IMG/VR virus record: IMGVR_UViG_3300034072_000926
Span: 401,260-465,259 of that record
Reading direction: 5' to 3' (one strand)
DNA: 64,000 bases
The notes under the pieces were generated by a model that was given only the letters and a program-made list of their open reading frames with translations, made no database searches and had not been told where the DNA came from. Shown here in pieces: positions 19,001 through 28,478 of this stretch. A program made the translations under genes and the position numbers. The first letter of the stretch is position 1; the number at the start of each line of letters is the position of its first letter.

Positions 19001-19369
19001 TTAGGCTTCCGTCTGCTCGGTCTGTGCCGGCGTTTCTTCCTTCGACGTCACGGACACTTCAGCGCCCTCGACGTTGTTCTCGGCGCCCGCGGCGGTCAGA
19101 GCGAACCAGCCATACTTGTCGGGGCGCAGGCCGAAGTTCGACGCATCGGCGATCACGCTGTTGGCGCCCATCTTCTCGACCAGCGCGTCGGCGATTTCGA
19201 CGGACAGGCCCTTGCTCTTGCTGCCCTTCAGTTCCACGAGATGCGGCGACGCCTTGCGATCCGTCGGACGAACGAAGAGGACGCCGTCCTTGACCGCGAC
19301 ACGCAGCTTGGCGCCGCTGCGCCCGGAAATTGCCGAAGAAGCCTGGGTATTGAAATTCAGAACACGCAT
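19001..19369 (-). CDS. hypothetical protein, paralog of 21823-22116
   Basis: shared KDG.LF.RPT.R and DKYGWFAL; GC3-rich; GGAGATCGAAT leader. Confidence 0.8.
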   Translation of the reverse strand: MRVLNFNTQASSAISGRSGAKLRVAVKDGVLFVRPTDRKASPHLVELKGSKSKGLSVEIADALVEKMGANSVIADASNFGLRPDKYGWFALTAAGAENNVEGAEVSVTSKEETPAQTEQTEA

Positions 19370-19533
19370 TATTCGATCTCCATCTTTACAGCACTACGAC
19401 CATCCTGCGCTGTTAATTCCAACTTAATGGATTGGATCCAAACGTCAATACCGAAAGTGACATTTTTCCACATTTTTAGAAAAATGCGACTAATCGTGGG
19501 AATGGCCCGAAGCGTCCTCCGGGCCATTCAAAG

Positions 19534-19881
19534 TTAACGGCAGCGACGGTCGATTGCGCGTCCTGCCAGAGCACCAGCACCGGCGCCTACGATAGTGCCA
19601 GTTGCACGATCGCCTTCGGTATCGATGGAGCGACCCAGCAGTCCGCCTGCTACTGCGCCGAGAATTGTGCCGGTGGTTCCACCACGGCAACGCTCGCCAC
19701 GATAGCCATTGCGGTATGGACCACGGCGATCATAACGGTCATAACCACGATAAGGACGATAGTCCCTGTAGTGACGGTCATAGCGATAGCCACGATCATG
19801 ACGACCATGATCCCTTGCCTCAGCGGCAACAGGAGCCAGAACCATCAGAGAGGCCATAAGACCAAGAATGAGCTTTTTCAT
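19534..19881 (-). CDS. secreted glycine-zipper 2TM protein with Arg/Tyr/Asp-rich repeat
   Basis: signal peptide, RxY repeats, GTILGAVAGGLLGR..GTIVGAGAGALAGR. Confidence 0.85.
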   Translation of the reverse strand: MKKLILGLMASLMVLAPVAAEARDHGRHDRGYRYDRHYRDYRPYRGYDRYDRRGPYRNGYRGERCRGGTTGTILGAVAGGLLGRSIDTEGDRATGTIVGAGAGALAGRAIDRRCR

Positions 19882-19938
19882 AGAATTCTCCTTTCCTATA
19901 TGTATCTAGCACAGATCGGCTTAACCTAACCTGTATAG

Positions 19939-20385
19939 TTAATCCTTTTTCTTTTTCTTCTGCTCGTCGAACTGTTTATAGAACAAATAGGAATGCACGC
20001 CTGCGTCCATGATGTGCTGCTCAGTCGGCGAAAGGCTAACCGCGCCGTCCTTGAGTTCTTCGATACAGCTTTTGTCGTAATATGGAAGGGGAAGATCATG
20101 GCCACTGTAGATCTTGGGATTGCTTTCAATGTCCTCGAGATCGTGGTCGAGGATCACAAAAGCTGTATAGACTTCATCATCGCCTGGATGACATACTGCC
20201 ATGGCGATCTTGTTATGGCCACTTCGCATTTCGTTCGCGCCGTCAAGGACTTCGTTGAGAGCGTCCCGAAGAGCTGTTAGGCCCTGTCGTCCGCCAATCA
20301 CGTAAGCGTTGTGGTGATACTTTTTCTGAGGGAAGATAGCGAGGATACGATTCTCAGATGCTTCGATGAATTCGTCACGGTCCAT
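19939..20385 (-). CDS. hypothetical protein
   Basis: 148-aa ORF, AAGGTG SD. Confidence 0.6.
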   Translation of the reverse strand: MDRDEFIEASENRILAIFPQKKYHHNAYVIGGRQGLTALRDALNEVLDGANEMRSGHNKIAMAVCHPGDDEVYTAFVILDHDLEDIESNPKIYSGHDLPLPYYDKSCIEELKDGAVSLSPTEQHIMDAGVHSYLFYKQFDEQKKKKKD

Positions 20386-20482
20386 ATATCACCTTTTAAT
20401 ATTGATTAGCTGTCCTGCTCTATGTATAACAAGGACAGTAGGAAAGCAAATTGTGAGGACGAAATACCGCACAAAGAATTTT

Positions 20483-20752
20483 CCCACTAGACTAGCATCC
20501 CTGCTCAGTGGGCCCTAAATCGGTATGGGGATACAGACCGACGTTGACCTGCCACCGTAAACGCACAGGGGCCTTTCGGGATTGAGCTATATCAATTCTC
20601 GGGTGTTGGATATCACCGCCCTATCCAGGTACGCCTACTATCCAAGGGGCGAAGTTGGGGAAGAACTTCTAAATAAGTCCTGCGGGGCAATCCGCCGAGG
20701 TCAACGTAGCCTCAAGAGCCAGGAAACTTTCTAGTCAACTGTTTCCTGGCTC
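20483..20752. ncRNA. candidate structured non-coding RNA
   Basis: ORF-free; 10-bp helix 20541-20550/20698-20707 enclosing several hairpins including GCGGG-GCAA-TCCGC; flanking hairpins. Confidence 0.45.
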
Positions 20753-20772
20753 GCTTTGCCATAAATACACAT

Positions 20773-20865
20773 GACAGAGACGCCTAATTGGTATGGGCGC
20801 TTCCGCACTTCGGGCAGGCGTATCCAGTGGAAGAGTGTAGCGGGGTTCAAATCCCCGCCCTGTCA
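20773..20865 (+). tRNA. tRNA-like element with 24-nt anticodon loop
   Basis: GACAGAG/CCCTGTC acceptor, GCCT/GGGC D-arm, CTTCC/GGAAG stem, CGGGG-TTCAAAT-CCCCG T-arm; no CCA. Confidence 0.6.
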
Positions 20866-20866
20866 C

Positions 20867-21058
20867 TTACGAAGCGAAATCAGGATCGATCACGCGAGGA
20901 TGATCCTTGGCAGACTCGAACCCCATCTGATAGGCCGGCGTCCCGCTTTTGTAGCGTTCCATCAGCTCAGTGTGACCTTCGCCATAGTAGCGAACTCCAT
21001 CCTGCTGGCCGGTCTGATACTGGGCCTGATTGGTGTCGAAAGTCAAGCTCTTATACAT
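20867..21058 (-). CDS. hypothetical protein
   Basis: 63-aa ORF, GGAAGGA SD. Confidence 0.55.
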   Translation of the reverse strand: MYKSLTFDTNQAQYQTGQQDGVRYYGEGHTELMERYKSGTPAYQMGFESAKDHPRVIDPDFAS

Positions 21059-21073
21059 GAGACGTCCTTCCCG

Positions 21074-21328
21074 TTATACTAGGCGGCGCACTGGATTACC
21101 GTCGCGATCAATACGCTCAATAATGCCATAGCAGAATAATTGCAACTGATCCCATTCCTCGCTTAGTGCGAGGGCACGGCTATATGCCATTTCAATGAGA
21201 TCCGGGATCTTAACGAACCGAGGATCCGTCGACGGAAGGCTGAATTCCTTAACGATCTTGTCCTCGAGAAGAACCGTCACATTATGATCGCGATTGGAAT
21301 GGCGCGGTACATTCATTCTCTGAAACAT
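21074..21328 (-). CDS. hypothetical protein
   Basis: 84-aa ORF, AAGGAG SD. Confidence 0.6.
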   Translation of the reverse strand: MFQRMNVPRHSNRDHNVTVLLEDKIVKEFSLPSTDPRFVKIPDLIEMAYSRALALSEEWDQLQLFCYGIIERIDRDGNPVRRLV

Positions 21329-21382
21329 CGTGGCTCCTTTCTTAACACTTATGACAAATACATAACAGGTGTTAAGAGAGCA

Positions 21383-21694
21383 TTAACGGACAGCGACCTC
21401 CTTCACCTCATATTCGATGTCATAGACGTTGTCGTAGCCGACCTCTTCGAAATAGCCGCCATCGAGTTTCAGGATCTTCTTTATCCAGTCTATCCAGTTC
21501 GTCTGGTTCAGAACCGAGTTCTTCTCGACACTGTCGTAGCGAGCATCGTAGGCATGTCGTGCTGCCTTGACTTCTTCGTTGGCCGAAAACGCCCAGGACT
21601 TTGCGAGCATTTCGTCATCCGTCACAAACGGATACGATAGTTCTTCACCGCCGCTGTAATCACCATGGTCGAGTTTGCGAATTACGAGGAACAT
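21383..21694 (-). CDS. hypothetical acidic protein
   Basis: 103-aa ORF, AGGAGATCGACA leader. Confidence 0.7.
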   Translation of the reverse strand: MFLVIRKLDHGDYSGGEELSYPFVTDDEMLAKSWAFSANEEVKAARHAYDARYDSVEKNSVLNQTNWIDWIKKILKLDGGYFEEVGYDNVYDIEYEVKEVAVR

Positions 21695-21822
21695 TGTCGA
21701 TCTCCTGTTTCTGTTAACCTGGTTATAAGCGGTTCAGATTAGGAGTCAAGAGGAGATTGACTAGATATGATTACGGCACCGACCGAAGCCAGCGCCGTAA
21801 TAGATTCGGGAAGAATCGCTGT

Positions 21823-22116
21823 TTAAGCGATCTTGACCGAGGGACCGCGGCCCTGATGACCCGGAATGAGGGCGAACCAGCCATACTTGTCGGCGCGGAC
21901 GCCGTAGGTGCCGGCGGGCATTTCGACGCCTTCGAGCTCGATCTTGGCGCCGTTCAGCGGGACCAGGTGTTCGGCCGACTTGTCCAGGTTCACCGCCGAT
22001 GCACGATGCGTCGGACGAATGAAGAGGGTTCCATCCTTGATATGAGCGCGGATCTTCTGTGCGCCGACAAAACGATCCTGCCCACGGGCAGCGGTGTTCA
22101 GAGTGAGAGTTGCCAT
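21823..22116 (-). CDS. hypothetical protein, paralog of 19001-19369
   Basis: start MATLTLN after GGTAGATCGAAC; shared motifs; GC3-rich. Confidence 0.8.
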   Translation of the reverse strand: MATLTLNTAARGQDRFVGAQKIRAHIKDGTLFIRPTHRASAVNLDKSAEHLVPLNGAKIELEGVEMPAGTYGVRADKYGWFALIPGHQGRGPSVKIA

Positions 22117-22400
22117 GTTCGATCTACCTTTGTTCACTGTTCGGTTATAGGTTGCGGGATTGCTACCTACTTGTGAACAGCGGAACTTGCCGTTCACAGC
22201 CTGAATATATGTGATAGAATTTTATTGTCAACAGCTTTTCGCACGTTTTCTGCGGTTTTGACTACTCTATAGGGTGTTGTCAAGCGAAAAATCAACGATT
22301 ACTGCGGTTTTTGCACCTAAAATTTTTCACATTTTTCTTGCACCATAGTATAGATGTAGTACGCTATCCAGTGTATTTCAATAGGTTGGAAGCAGGTTAA

Positions 22401-22778
22401 ATGACCAAACCTACCATGTCGGATCTGATGAAGTTGACGACAGATGAAGAGATCGACGCACTCATTATCTGTCATGCCAAGCACTTTAATGTGGTGCAAA
22501 TGAACCCTGGAGGGTTTGTAAGTGGTAGCCGAAACTACCTGCACCATAAAGCATACACGATAGAAGAAGCCCGCACAATGGCCAAAGATCTACATGAGGG
22601 CGATGAGAAACGTCGTCATATCGTGATCTATGCGGTCGCAGATATTGGCTATGTGACTAATATGAGTCGCCCCGTCGAAACTTATCCGCTTTCCAAGCCC
22701 TTTATCAGCAAAGCCGCAAAGGCTAAAAAGGAACGCGAGGAACGTTCCTTAGAGCGTCAGACAAAGCGTAAATCCTGA
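22401..22778 (+). CDS. hypothetical protein
   Basis: 125-aa ORF in its own divergent unit. Confidence 0.6.
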   Translation: MTKPTMSDLMKLTTDEEIDALIICHAKHFNVVQMNPGGFVSGSRNYLHHKAYTIEEARTMAKDLHEGDEKRRHIVIYAVADIGYVTNMSRPVETYPLSKPFISKAAKAKKEREERSLERQTKRKS

Positions 22779-22847
22779 GAGTAAGTCGCACTACTCGAGC
22801 GCAGTTAATTTGCTTGTAAGGCTGCGATAGAGCCCCTCTGATAGCCC

Positions 22848-23210
22848 TTAGGGTAGGGTCAGCTTCTTAGCTGCCATGTAGTCTCTACGGTATTTCAACA
22901 TCTTTTCTTTGGCTTCCTCAGTGAGTTCGTCACGCTCGCTCAGTTCCTTGCAGATATCAAGCTCTGCCTTGTATTTCTCATAGAGCGGAGTGAGGAACTC
23001 GTCATCAGCAGCCGGGCCGGTGTCCAGGGAAATTCCAGAGCTACGAATCACATCGTGCCAACGCAGCCCAACATACTCTTCACCCAAGAGGCCATTGTCC
23101 ATAATGGCCTGGAATGCCTTGCTGAGACCCATGTCCGCGATTGGACCCAGTTCCTTCAATGTAAACGCCTTATCTCCAATGAACATAAAGATATTATTGT
23201 CGAGGGCCAT
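22848..23210 (-). CDS. hypothetical protein
   Basis: 120-aa ORF. Confidence 0.6.
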   Translation of the reverse strand: MALDNNIFMFIGDKAFTLKELGPIADMGLSKAFQAIMDNGLLGEEYVGLRWHDVIRSSGISLDTGPAADDEFLTPLYEKYKAELDICKELSERDELTEEAKEKMLKYRRDYMAAKKLTLP

Positions 23211-23259
23211 GCTTCACCTAAATTGACTATAAGGTGATTATGGACGTATCATACCCTTA

Positions 23260-23586
23260 ATGTCAAATAAGAACACAAGCATCTATGTTATTGGCCCACC
23301 AGAGGGGCCCTTCAAGATTGGTTACTCGGCTAGTCCTACTCATCGTCTGTCCAGTTTACAGACAGGGACGACTGAATACCTTATGCTTCATTACAGTGAA
23401 GAGACAGAAACCGATAAGGCAAAGGTCATCGAGAAGATGATCCATCGCACCCTTGCACATAAGAGGATTCGAGGGGAATGGTTCAAAGTCACCCTCGAGG
23501 AAGCGATCGCAGAGGTCAAGTTTGCATTCATAAGGTGGGACGGTGAGGATGAGCTCACCGTCCGATTTAAGCGAAAGTTGATTTAG
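23260..23586 (+). CDS. GIY-YIG superfamily (T5orf172/Mug113-like) protein
   Basis: IYVIG..FKIGYS..RLSSLQTG..IEKMIH..RIRGEWF. Confidence 0.85.
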   Translation: MSNKNTSIYVIGPPEGPFKIGYSASPTHRLSSLQTGTTEYLMLHYSEETETDKAKVIEKMIHRTLAHKRIRGEWFKVTLEEAIAEVKFAFIRWDGEDELTVRFKRKLI

Positions 23587-23819
23587 CTAACTACGAACCA
23601 AATCCCTAGAGAAACTATCCCAATCCTCACAGTATCGTAGATGAAATCCACAATACGATATGGGATTTTGAAGTCGAAGGGTTCATAGCCGTTCTCTGAA
23701 CGGTATTTTCGTAGCCGTCTATCTGCGATAATGCTTCCAGTCATCGCAAAAATGACAGCACCAATATAGAGTGTGATGGCAAAAGCCACTAGGACCTTTG
23801 CCATCACAATCCAAGTCAT
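23583..23819 (-). CDS. small membrane protein
   Basis: two hydrophobic segments. Confidence 0.6.
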   Translation of the reverse strand: MTWIVMAKVLVAFAITLYIGAVIFAMTGSIIADRRLRKYRSENGYEPFDFKIPYRIVDFIYDTVRIGIVSLGIWFVVS

Positions 23820-24268
23820 GCAGCGAGAACCTGGCGGACGACCGCGCTGGCCTTGGCCTTGTCGAGCGAGGTGCCGAAAGTTGTGGACAGATGTGCCATG
23901 ATGGCGCCCATCTGCTTCATGGTCTTCTCGGGCAGCGTCGCAGCAAAGGTCTCAGCTTCGCCACGGATGTCGTCCTCGCTTGCCATCTGCGGCAGCAGCG
24001 ATTCCAGCATGGCCAGTTCGCGGATGCTCTGCTCATGATCGGGCTTCAGCGCCAGCGTGTCGTTGACCTGTTTGATCGACTTCTGGATTGCACGGAGCGC
24101 GTCCTCATCAGTGACCACAGCCGACGCAGGATCCTGCTTCAGCTTGACCACAGTTTCCTTCGCGTTCGCAGTGGCCAGTGCCTGAACCGCCTGGAACGAG
24201 CCGGCCAGCGGGTCGCGAGTCTTCCGCAGCTCGAGGGTTTTTGCGTTCAACGCGGCGAGAATACTCAC
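23816..24268 (-). CDS. GatB/YqeY domain protein
   Basis: TDEDALRAIQKSIKQ..ELAMLESLLPQM..KQMGAIM..ASAVVRQVL. Confidence 0.8.
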   Translation of the reverse strand: MSILAALNAKTLELRKTRDPLAGSFQAVQALATANAKETVVKLKQDPASAVVTDEDALRAIQKSIKQVNDTLALKPDHEQSIRELAMLESLLPQMASEDDIRGEAETFAATLPEKTMKQMGAIMAHLSTTFGTSLDKAKASAVVRQVLAA

Positions 24269-24708
24269 TTCGTGTCTCCTTCTTCGTATTCGATTGTGAC
24301 CTTAACGTCCAAATCGCTATACAGGCTTTTGAGCCTATTGCAAGCATTTAGGACAGATTCTTTCTTCCTGAATTGCTTGGCTTGGTTCTGATCGTCAACG
24401 AGCTGCGGCAACCGCCGACCAGTGTATTGCTTCTCAATGACGTTCTCGGGACGCGCTAAGGGCTTGCGATAGCTTGCAAGGGTGCCTTTGCGTTCATGTC
24501 GAGCATGTTGTCGTCCATAACGCCTTACTGAATTATAGGAAGATCCTCGACGTGGATCATAAGGCTGACGATCAGGTAATATCGAGACCTCAATCGTCTC
24601 AGCCATTTCACCCGAATAGAACCGATGCCCTACCTTGATATAGAAGTAGGACCCCCTCGGTAGCTTCTCGTTGGCTTTAAGGCTATTGAGCTTTGACATA
24701 TGTCTCAC
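24265..24708 (-). CDS. hypothetical basic protein
   Basis: 147-aa ORF. Confidence 0.6.
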   Translation of the reverse strand: MRHMSKLNSLKANEKLPRGSYFYIKVGHRFYSGEMAETIEVSILPDRQPYDPRRGSSYNSVRRYGRQHARHERKGTLASYRKPLARPENVIEKQYTGRRLPQLVDDQNQAKQFRKKESVLNACNRLKSLYSDLDVKVTIEYEEGDTK

Positions 24709-24730
24709 TTATAGGGAGAAAGGCGTTCTG

Positions 24731-25030
24731 TCAATCGCCCCAGGTCAGTCGAGCCAACACATAGTCGCGATCACAATCGAGCCACACCCGGCACATCTTG
24801 ATCAGTTCGGGATGATGGTAGAAGACTGGCTTCATCGAGTCCTCAAAATTATCATCATTGGCTGCTAGGAACTTGCCATATTGTGTGTTCAACATCCGCT
24901 TGTAGACTAACGGATGCCGGGCATAAACGATTGCAACCCTGAGCAAATCATCGCTCAGGGTCATAAAGTCAGCAAATGTTTTAGGGGTAGGAAGAGGACG
25001 TTCGCCGCTGGACCAACCGAAGGGATACAT
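24731..25030 (-). CDS. hypothetical protein
   Basis: 99-aa ORF ending VLARLTWGD. Confidence 0.6.
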   Translation of the reverse strand: MYPFGWSSGERPLPTPKTFADFMTLSDDLLRVAIVYARHPLVYKRMLNTQYGKFLAANDDNFEDSMKPVFYHHPELIKMCRVWLDCDRDYVLARLTWGD

Positions 25031-25043
25031 CCTCTCTCCTCTC

Positions 25044-27143
25044 TTAGTTGCCGAAGCCGATGCCAGACTTACGATAACCCGGCTTGACCTTCAGTTCGTC
25101 CTCAATAAGGTTGAGGATTTCGTTAGGGTCTTCCACGCCCAGGATCGTGACCTTCTTCATGACCGTCGAGAAGTCACCCGGTGCCAGGTTATCGAAACGC
25201 TCAATGCGCGTCGGAGCAGGCAGCTTGAAATACTTCTCAAAGAGCTTCGCGCTTTGTTCAGGACGCATGAAGTCAAACTTCATCTTGAAGGTGAACCTAC
25301 GCAGCGAGGCAGGGTCCAGGTTGTCCATCAAGTTGGTCGTGATAATGAAGGGCTGGTCGTGATTTTCCATCTGCGACAGCATTTCATTGACCTGGCTGAT
25401 CTCCCAGCTCTGACGTGCCTTGGTGCGATCCTGAAGGAAGGAGTCGCCTTCGTCGATGATCAGGACCTTCTTGCCCTCACGCGCTTCCTTGAAAGCCTTC
25501 GCGATGTTCTTCTCGCACTCGCCGAGCCACATGCTCTGCAGGTCCGATGCGCGCTTGTAGAGCACTTGCTTGCCTAGGCGCTTTGCAAGGTAGCGACCAT
25601 ATTCGCTCTTACCCGTGCCAGGAGCACCGTAGAGGCAAAGCGAGAATGCCGGGTTAGCGGTCATCAGACGCTCAGTGAACTTATTGAGGTCCAAGTCAGT
25701 GTTTGCGCAAGACACATCGTAGGGAGTGTCCTTCATCTTCACTTCATCGAACTTGCGAGTCTCACCGAAGTTCATCAGTCGGTCGAGGCTAACGATAACT
25801 TCAGAGATGTCATCGCCCTCAAGGCCGGCCATGCCGCTGATCTTCATGGAGTTGTTGATCAGAGCAGGAACAATGTCAAAGGAGTTGCCGAAGCTTTCCA
25901 CGAGTTCGTCGGACAGGTTGACGTTATACTTTGCTGCCGCACGAGCCCACATTCCCTTGCGAGCTTCCTGAGGAGGAATTTCGAAGTGAATGTTATAGAC
26001 CATTCGACGCAAGCAAGCCGAACCCATCGCGGTCACGCTGTTGGTGGTCCAGATGATGGGGATGGTAGTCGTCTCAATAATGCGGTTGATGAACGCCTTG
26101 GAGAACGACGCATTGTTGTCGACCTTGAACAAGTCTTCCATTTCATCGAAAAGGATGACCGCCTTCGGATCTTTCTTGAACAGCTTCAGTGCCAGCTTGA
26201 GCGAGGTCAAACGCTGAGCACGACCCTTTTCAGCATCGTCGTTTTCCGAGATGTCGCCGACGATGTGGAGGTTCCAGTCGTTCTGCTTCGCCAGTGCAAG
26301 AGCCAGTTCGGTCTTACCCGTGCCCGGCAGGCCCCAGAACATCACGTTCGTGCCCTTGTTCTTGGTTTCCAAGCTCGTGTTCACGATCCGAACAGTGCGG
26401 TCGATTTCCTTTGCGAGGTGCGGATAATTCTCCATTCCGAGCGTGGATTCCACGTTGCTGGGAAAGAGCTTCTCTTCGAGAGATTCGATGGAGAAGCTAG
26501 TGGCGCAGAGCGCTTCCTTGAGTTCCGCATTCACGTAGGGAAGGCGATTACCTTCGCTCTCAATAAGGACACCCGACTTGAAGAGGAAGCCCTTGACAAT
26601 CTTCTCCATATCCTGCGAAGGGATACCGAGGAGAATGTTGTAGCGTTGGACCGGATCCTTCATGTCCATGTGGTGCCCAAACTTGTCGAACACATAATTG
26701 TATCCGTAGGGCAGGCTCTGACGCAGTCGAATTGCAAGGTCGAGAATGACCGCTTCGTGCTCGTTCAAATCCAGCAAGTCAGCTAGTGCAACCGAGTTCT
26801 CGAGCAGTTCGAAGGGTTCCAGGACCTCAGGGAAGAGTTCGGCCATACGAGCAGCAGCAGCCTGCATGTCGTCGATGGTCATATACTTCTTGAAGCTTGC
26901 GTAGCTCGCGAATTCTGCCTTCTCGGGCGAGAGCGTTGCCATCCACTCGTTCCGACGAGTAGTGATGATCGTCCACCACTGATTCTCGTTCTCAGAACCA
27001 TCCTCGAGGTTGCCGACATACATGAGATGCCGATCCATCGCCTGCTCGATAGCCGAGTCCTGATGGGTGTGGGCAGTCCACGCTCGAACGAGGTTGTAGA
27101 TCATCTTGTTGTAAAAGCGATTATGCATCTGAGGTCCCAACAT
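25044..27143 (-). CDS. AAA+ ATPase with two AAA domains (SpoVK/Ycf46/Vps4-like)
   Basis: GLPGTGKT/ILFDEME and GAPGTGKS/LIIDEGD, TTN, LRRF. Confidence 0.92.
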   Translation of the reverse strand: MLGPQMHNRFYNKMIYNLVRAWTAHTHQDSAIEQAMDRHLMYVGNLEDGSENENQWWTIITTRRNEWMATLSPEKAEFASYASFKKYMTIDDMQAAAARMAELFPEVLEPFELLENSVALADLLDLNEHEAVILDLAIRLRQSLPYGYNYVFDKFGHHMDMKDPVQRYNILLGIPSQDMEKIVKGFLFKSGVLIESEGNRLPYVNAELKEALCATSFSIESLEEKLFPSNVESTLGMENYPHLAKEIDRTVRIVNTSLETKNKGTNVMFWGLPGTGKTELALALAKQNDWNLHIVGDISENDDAEKGRAQRLTSLKLALKLFKKDPKAVILFDEMEDLFKVDNNASFSKAFINRIIETTTIPIIWTTNSVTAMGSACLRRMVYNIHFEIPPQEARKGMWARAAAKYNVNLSDELVESFGNSFDIVPALINNSMKISGMAGLEGDDISEVIVSLDRLMNFGETRKFDEVKMKDTPYDVSCANTDLDLNKFTERLMTANPAFSLCLYGAPGTGKSEYGRYLAKRLGKQVLYKRASDLQSMWLGECEKNIAKAFKEAREGKKVLIIDEGDSFLQDRTKARQSWEISQVNEMLSQMENHDQPFIITTNLMDNLDPASLRRFTFKMKFDFMRPEQSAKLFEKYFKLPAPTRIERFDNLAPGDFSTVMKKVTILGVEDPNEILNLIEDELKVKPGYRKSGIGFGN

Positions 27144-27223
27144 TAAGTCGATCTATCTTCGGACCTTGTTCGCACCTTTTAGTTTGTGGTAGGTGCTGCG
27201 TCAAGCAGGAAAATCACCTGCCC

Positions 27224-27598
27224 TTAATAATCTTCTCGCCATGCCAGTTTCGCCAAAACCATGTCGTAATGGTTCTCCATATAGCAGATGACCATTCGAC
27301 GATTGGTATAAAATTCGATAAAGGATTCCGAGATGTCGATCAATTCCCAAGTCGATAGGGTTGTGTTCATATCACGACGACATTTGATATAACTGTAGAT
27401 GTCTCTTTCGCACCAGTCATAGACAATTTCGTTACGACCGGCTTCGTAGACTAGAGCTTCCCGAACCAATTCAGGAAGTCTCTGGAAAGTGTCGAAGGGC
27501 CGGGAGATAGTGCCTGACCAGTCAACCATCTTGGCAACCACTACCGGCCCTTCCACTTCAAAGTCTGCAAGCGAGGATCCTGGGGTTCCTTCGCCCAC
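27224..27598 (-). CDS. hypothetical protein (start uncertain)
   Basis: 124-aa ORF; first ~19 codons overlap the upstream gene. Confidence 0.5.
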   Translation of the reverse strand: MGEGTPGSSLADFEVEGPVVVAKMVDWSGTISRPFDTFQRLPELVREALVYEAGRNEIVYDWCERDIYSYIKCRRDMNTTLSTWELIDISESFIEFYTNRRMVICYMENHYDMVLAKLAWREDY

Positions 27599-28341
27599 GT
27601 GTCGTTGAACTTGCCAATCGTCAAGTGCAGGTTCCAGTTCGAGGGAATATCGAATTCGTCCCGAATCTGCTTCAGCATAGGAGCCTGAACCACAATAAAC
27701 CAGTGCAACGCCTTGCGGTCGCCAGTCGTATCGCCCGTGAACCGAATGTCCGGCTCATAAGTGAACTCGATCTGCTGACCCTCATACTTGCCCCAAAGGG
27801 CATGACGCTCCTCACGAGGAACATCAATGAGGTCGTTGACGCCACGGGTAATCGTAATGTGCGGCACGTGGCTCGGAGCGAGAAGCCCCAGACCTTCGAC
27901 GCCCGTCATGTTCAGCAGCTCTCGATCAACGAACCAGCGATAATAGCTTGCAAGGTCCAGATCGACCGTTGCTACCGCCCAGTAGTGATACTGGTTACGG
28001 TAACGAGACATCTGCTCCAGCTTGTCGCGGAACTTGCCACCGCCCTTGCAAGCAAGCAAAGCCCGTGCAAGGAACCTGCAAGCCAGCTGCGCGTCGACTA
28101 CATCGCCGGCCGCATAAGCGTCAAAGAGCGCGATACGCTGCTGAGCAACCACATCATCAGCCGTCGGCGTTACGCGGAACTGACTCAGGTCGAGGTCATC
28201 CATGACGAACTTGTAGAAGTCATAGGCAACTCGATCTTCGCGCTTCTTCAGCGTGGGATTGCGATAAGGCTCATAATGGATCACTCCCTGTCCAGTGAGC
28301 GAGCCCTTGGGCTTTGCAGTAAGGATGCGTCTCTGTTCCAT
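27541..28341 (-). CDS. 2H phosphoesterase-fold protein with N-terminal extension
   Basis: two H-x-T motifs, PHITITRG and LHLTIG, about 70 aa apart. Confidence 0.7.
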   Translation of the reverse strand: MEQRRILTAKPKGSLTGQGVIHYEPYRNPTLKKREDRVAYDFYKFVMDDLDLSQFRVTPTADDVVAQQRIALFDAYAAGDVVDAQLACRFLARALLACKGGGKFRDKLEQMSRYRNQYHYWAVATVDLDLASYYRWFVDRELLNMTGVEGLGLLAPSHVPHITITRGVNDLIDVPREERHALWGKYEGQQIEFTYEPDIRFTGDTTGDRKALHWFIVVQAPMLKQIRDEFDIPSNWNLHLTIGKFNDTWAKEPQDPRLQTLKWKGR

Positions 28342-28380
28342 ATCACCTGTTTAGCAGGAAAGAAAGACTTGTCAAGCGAA

Positions 28381-28406
28381 AAGGGTGGAAGTTTCCTTCC
28401 ACCCTT
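28381..28406. terminator. intergenic hairpin
   Basis: AAGGGTGGAAG/CTTCCACCCTT inverted repeat. Confidence 0.5.
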
Positions 28407-28478
28407 CCCTTCCGTCAACCGTGAAGGAACTTAGGCTTGGATGAAATTTGATTGATATTTGGGAAAGAGACTGGAAAG

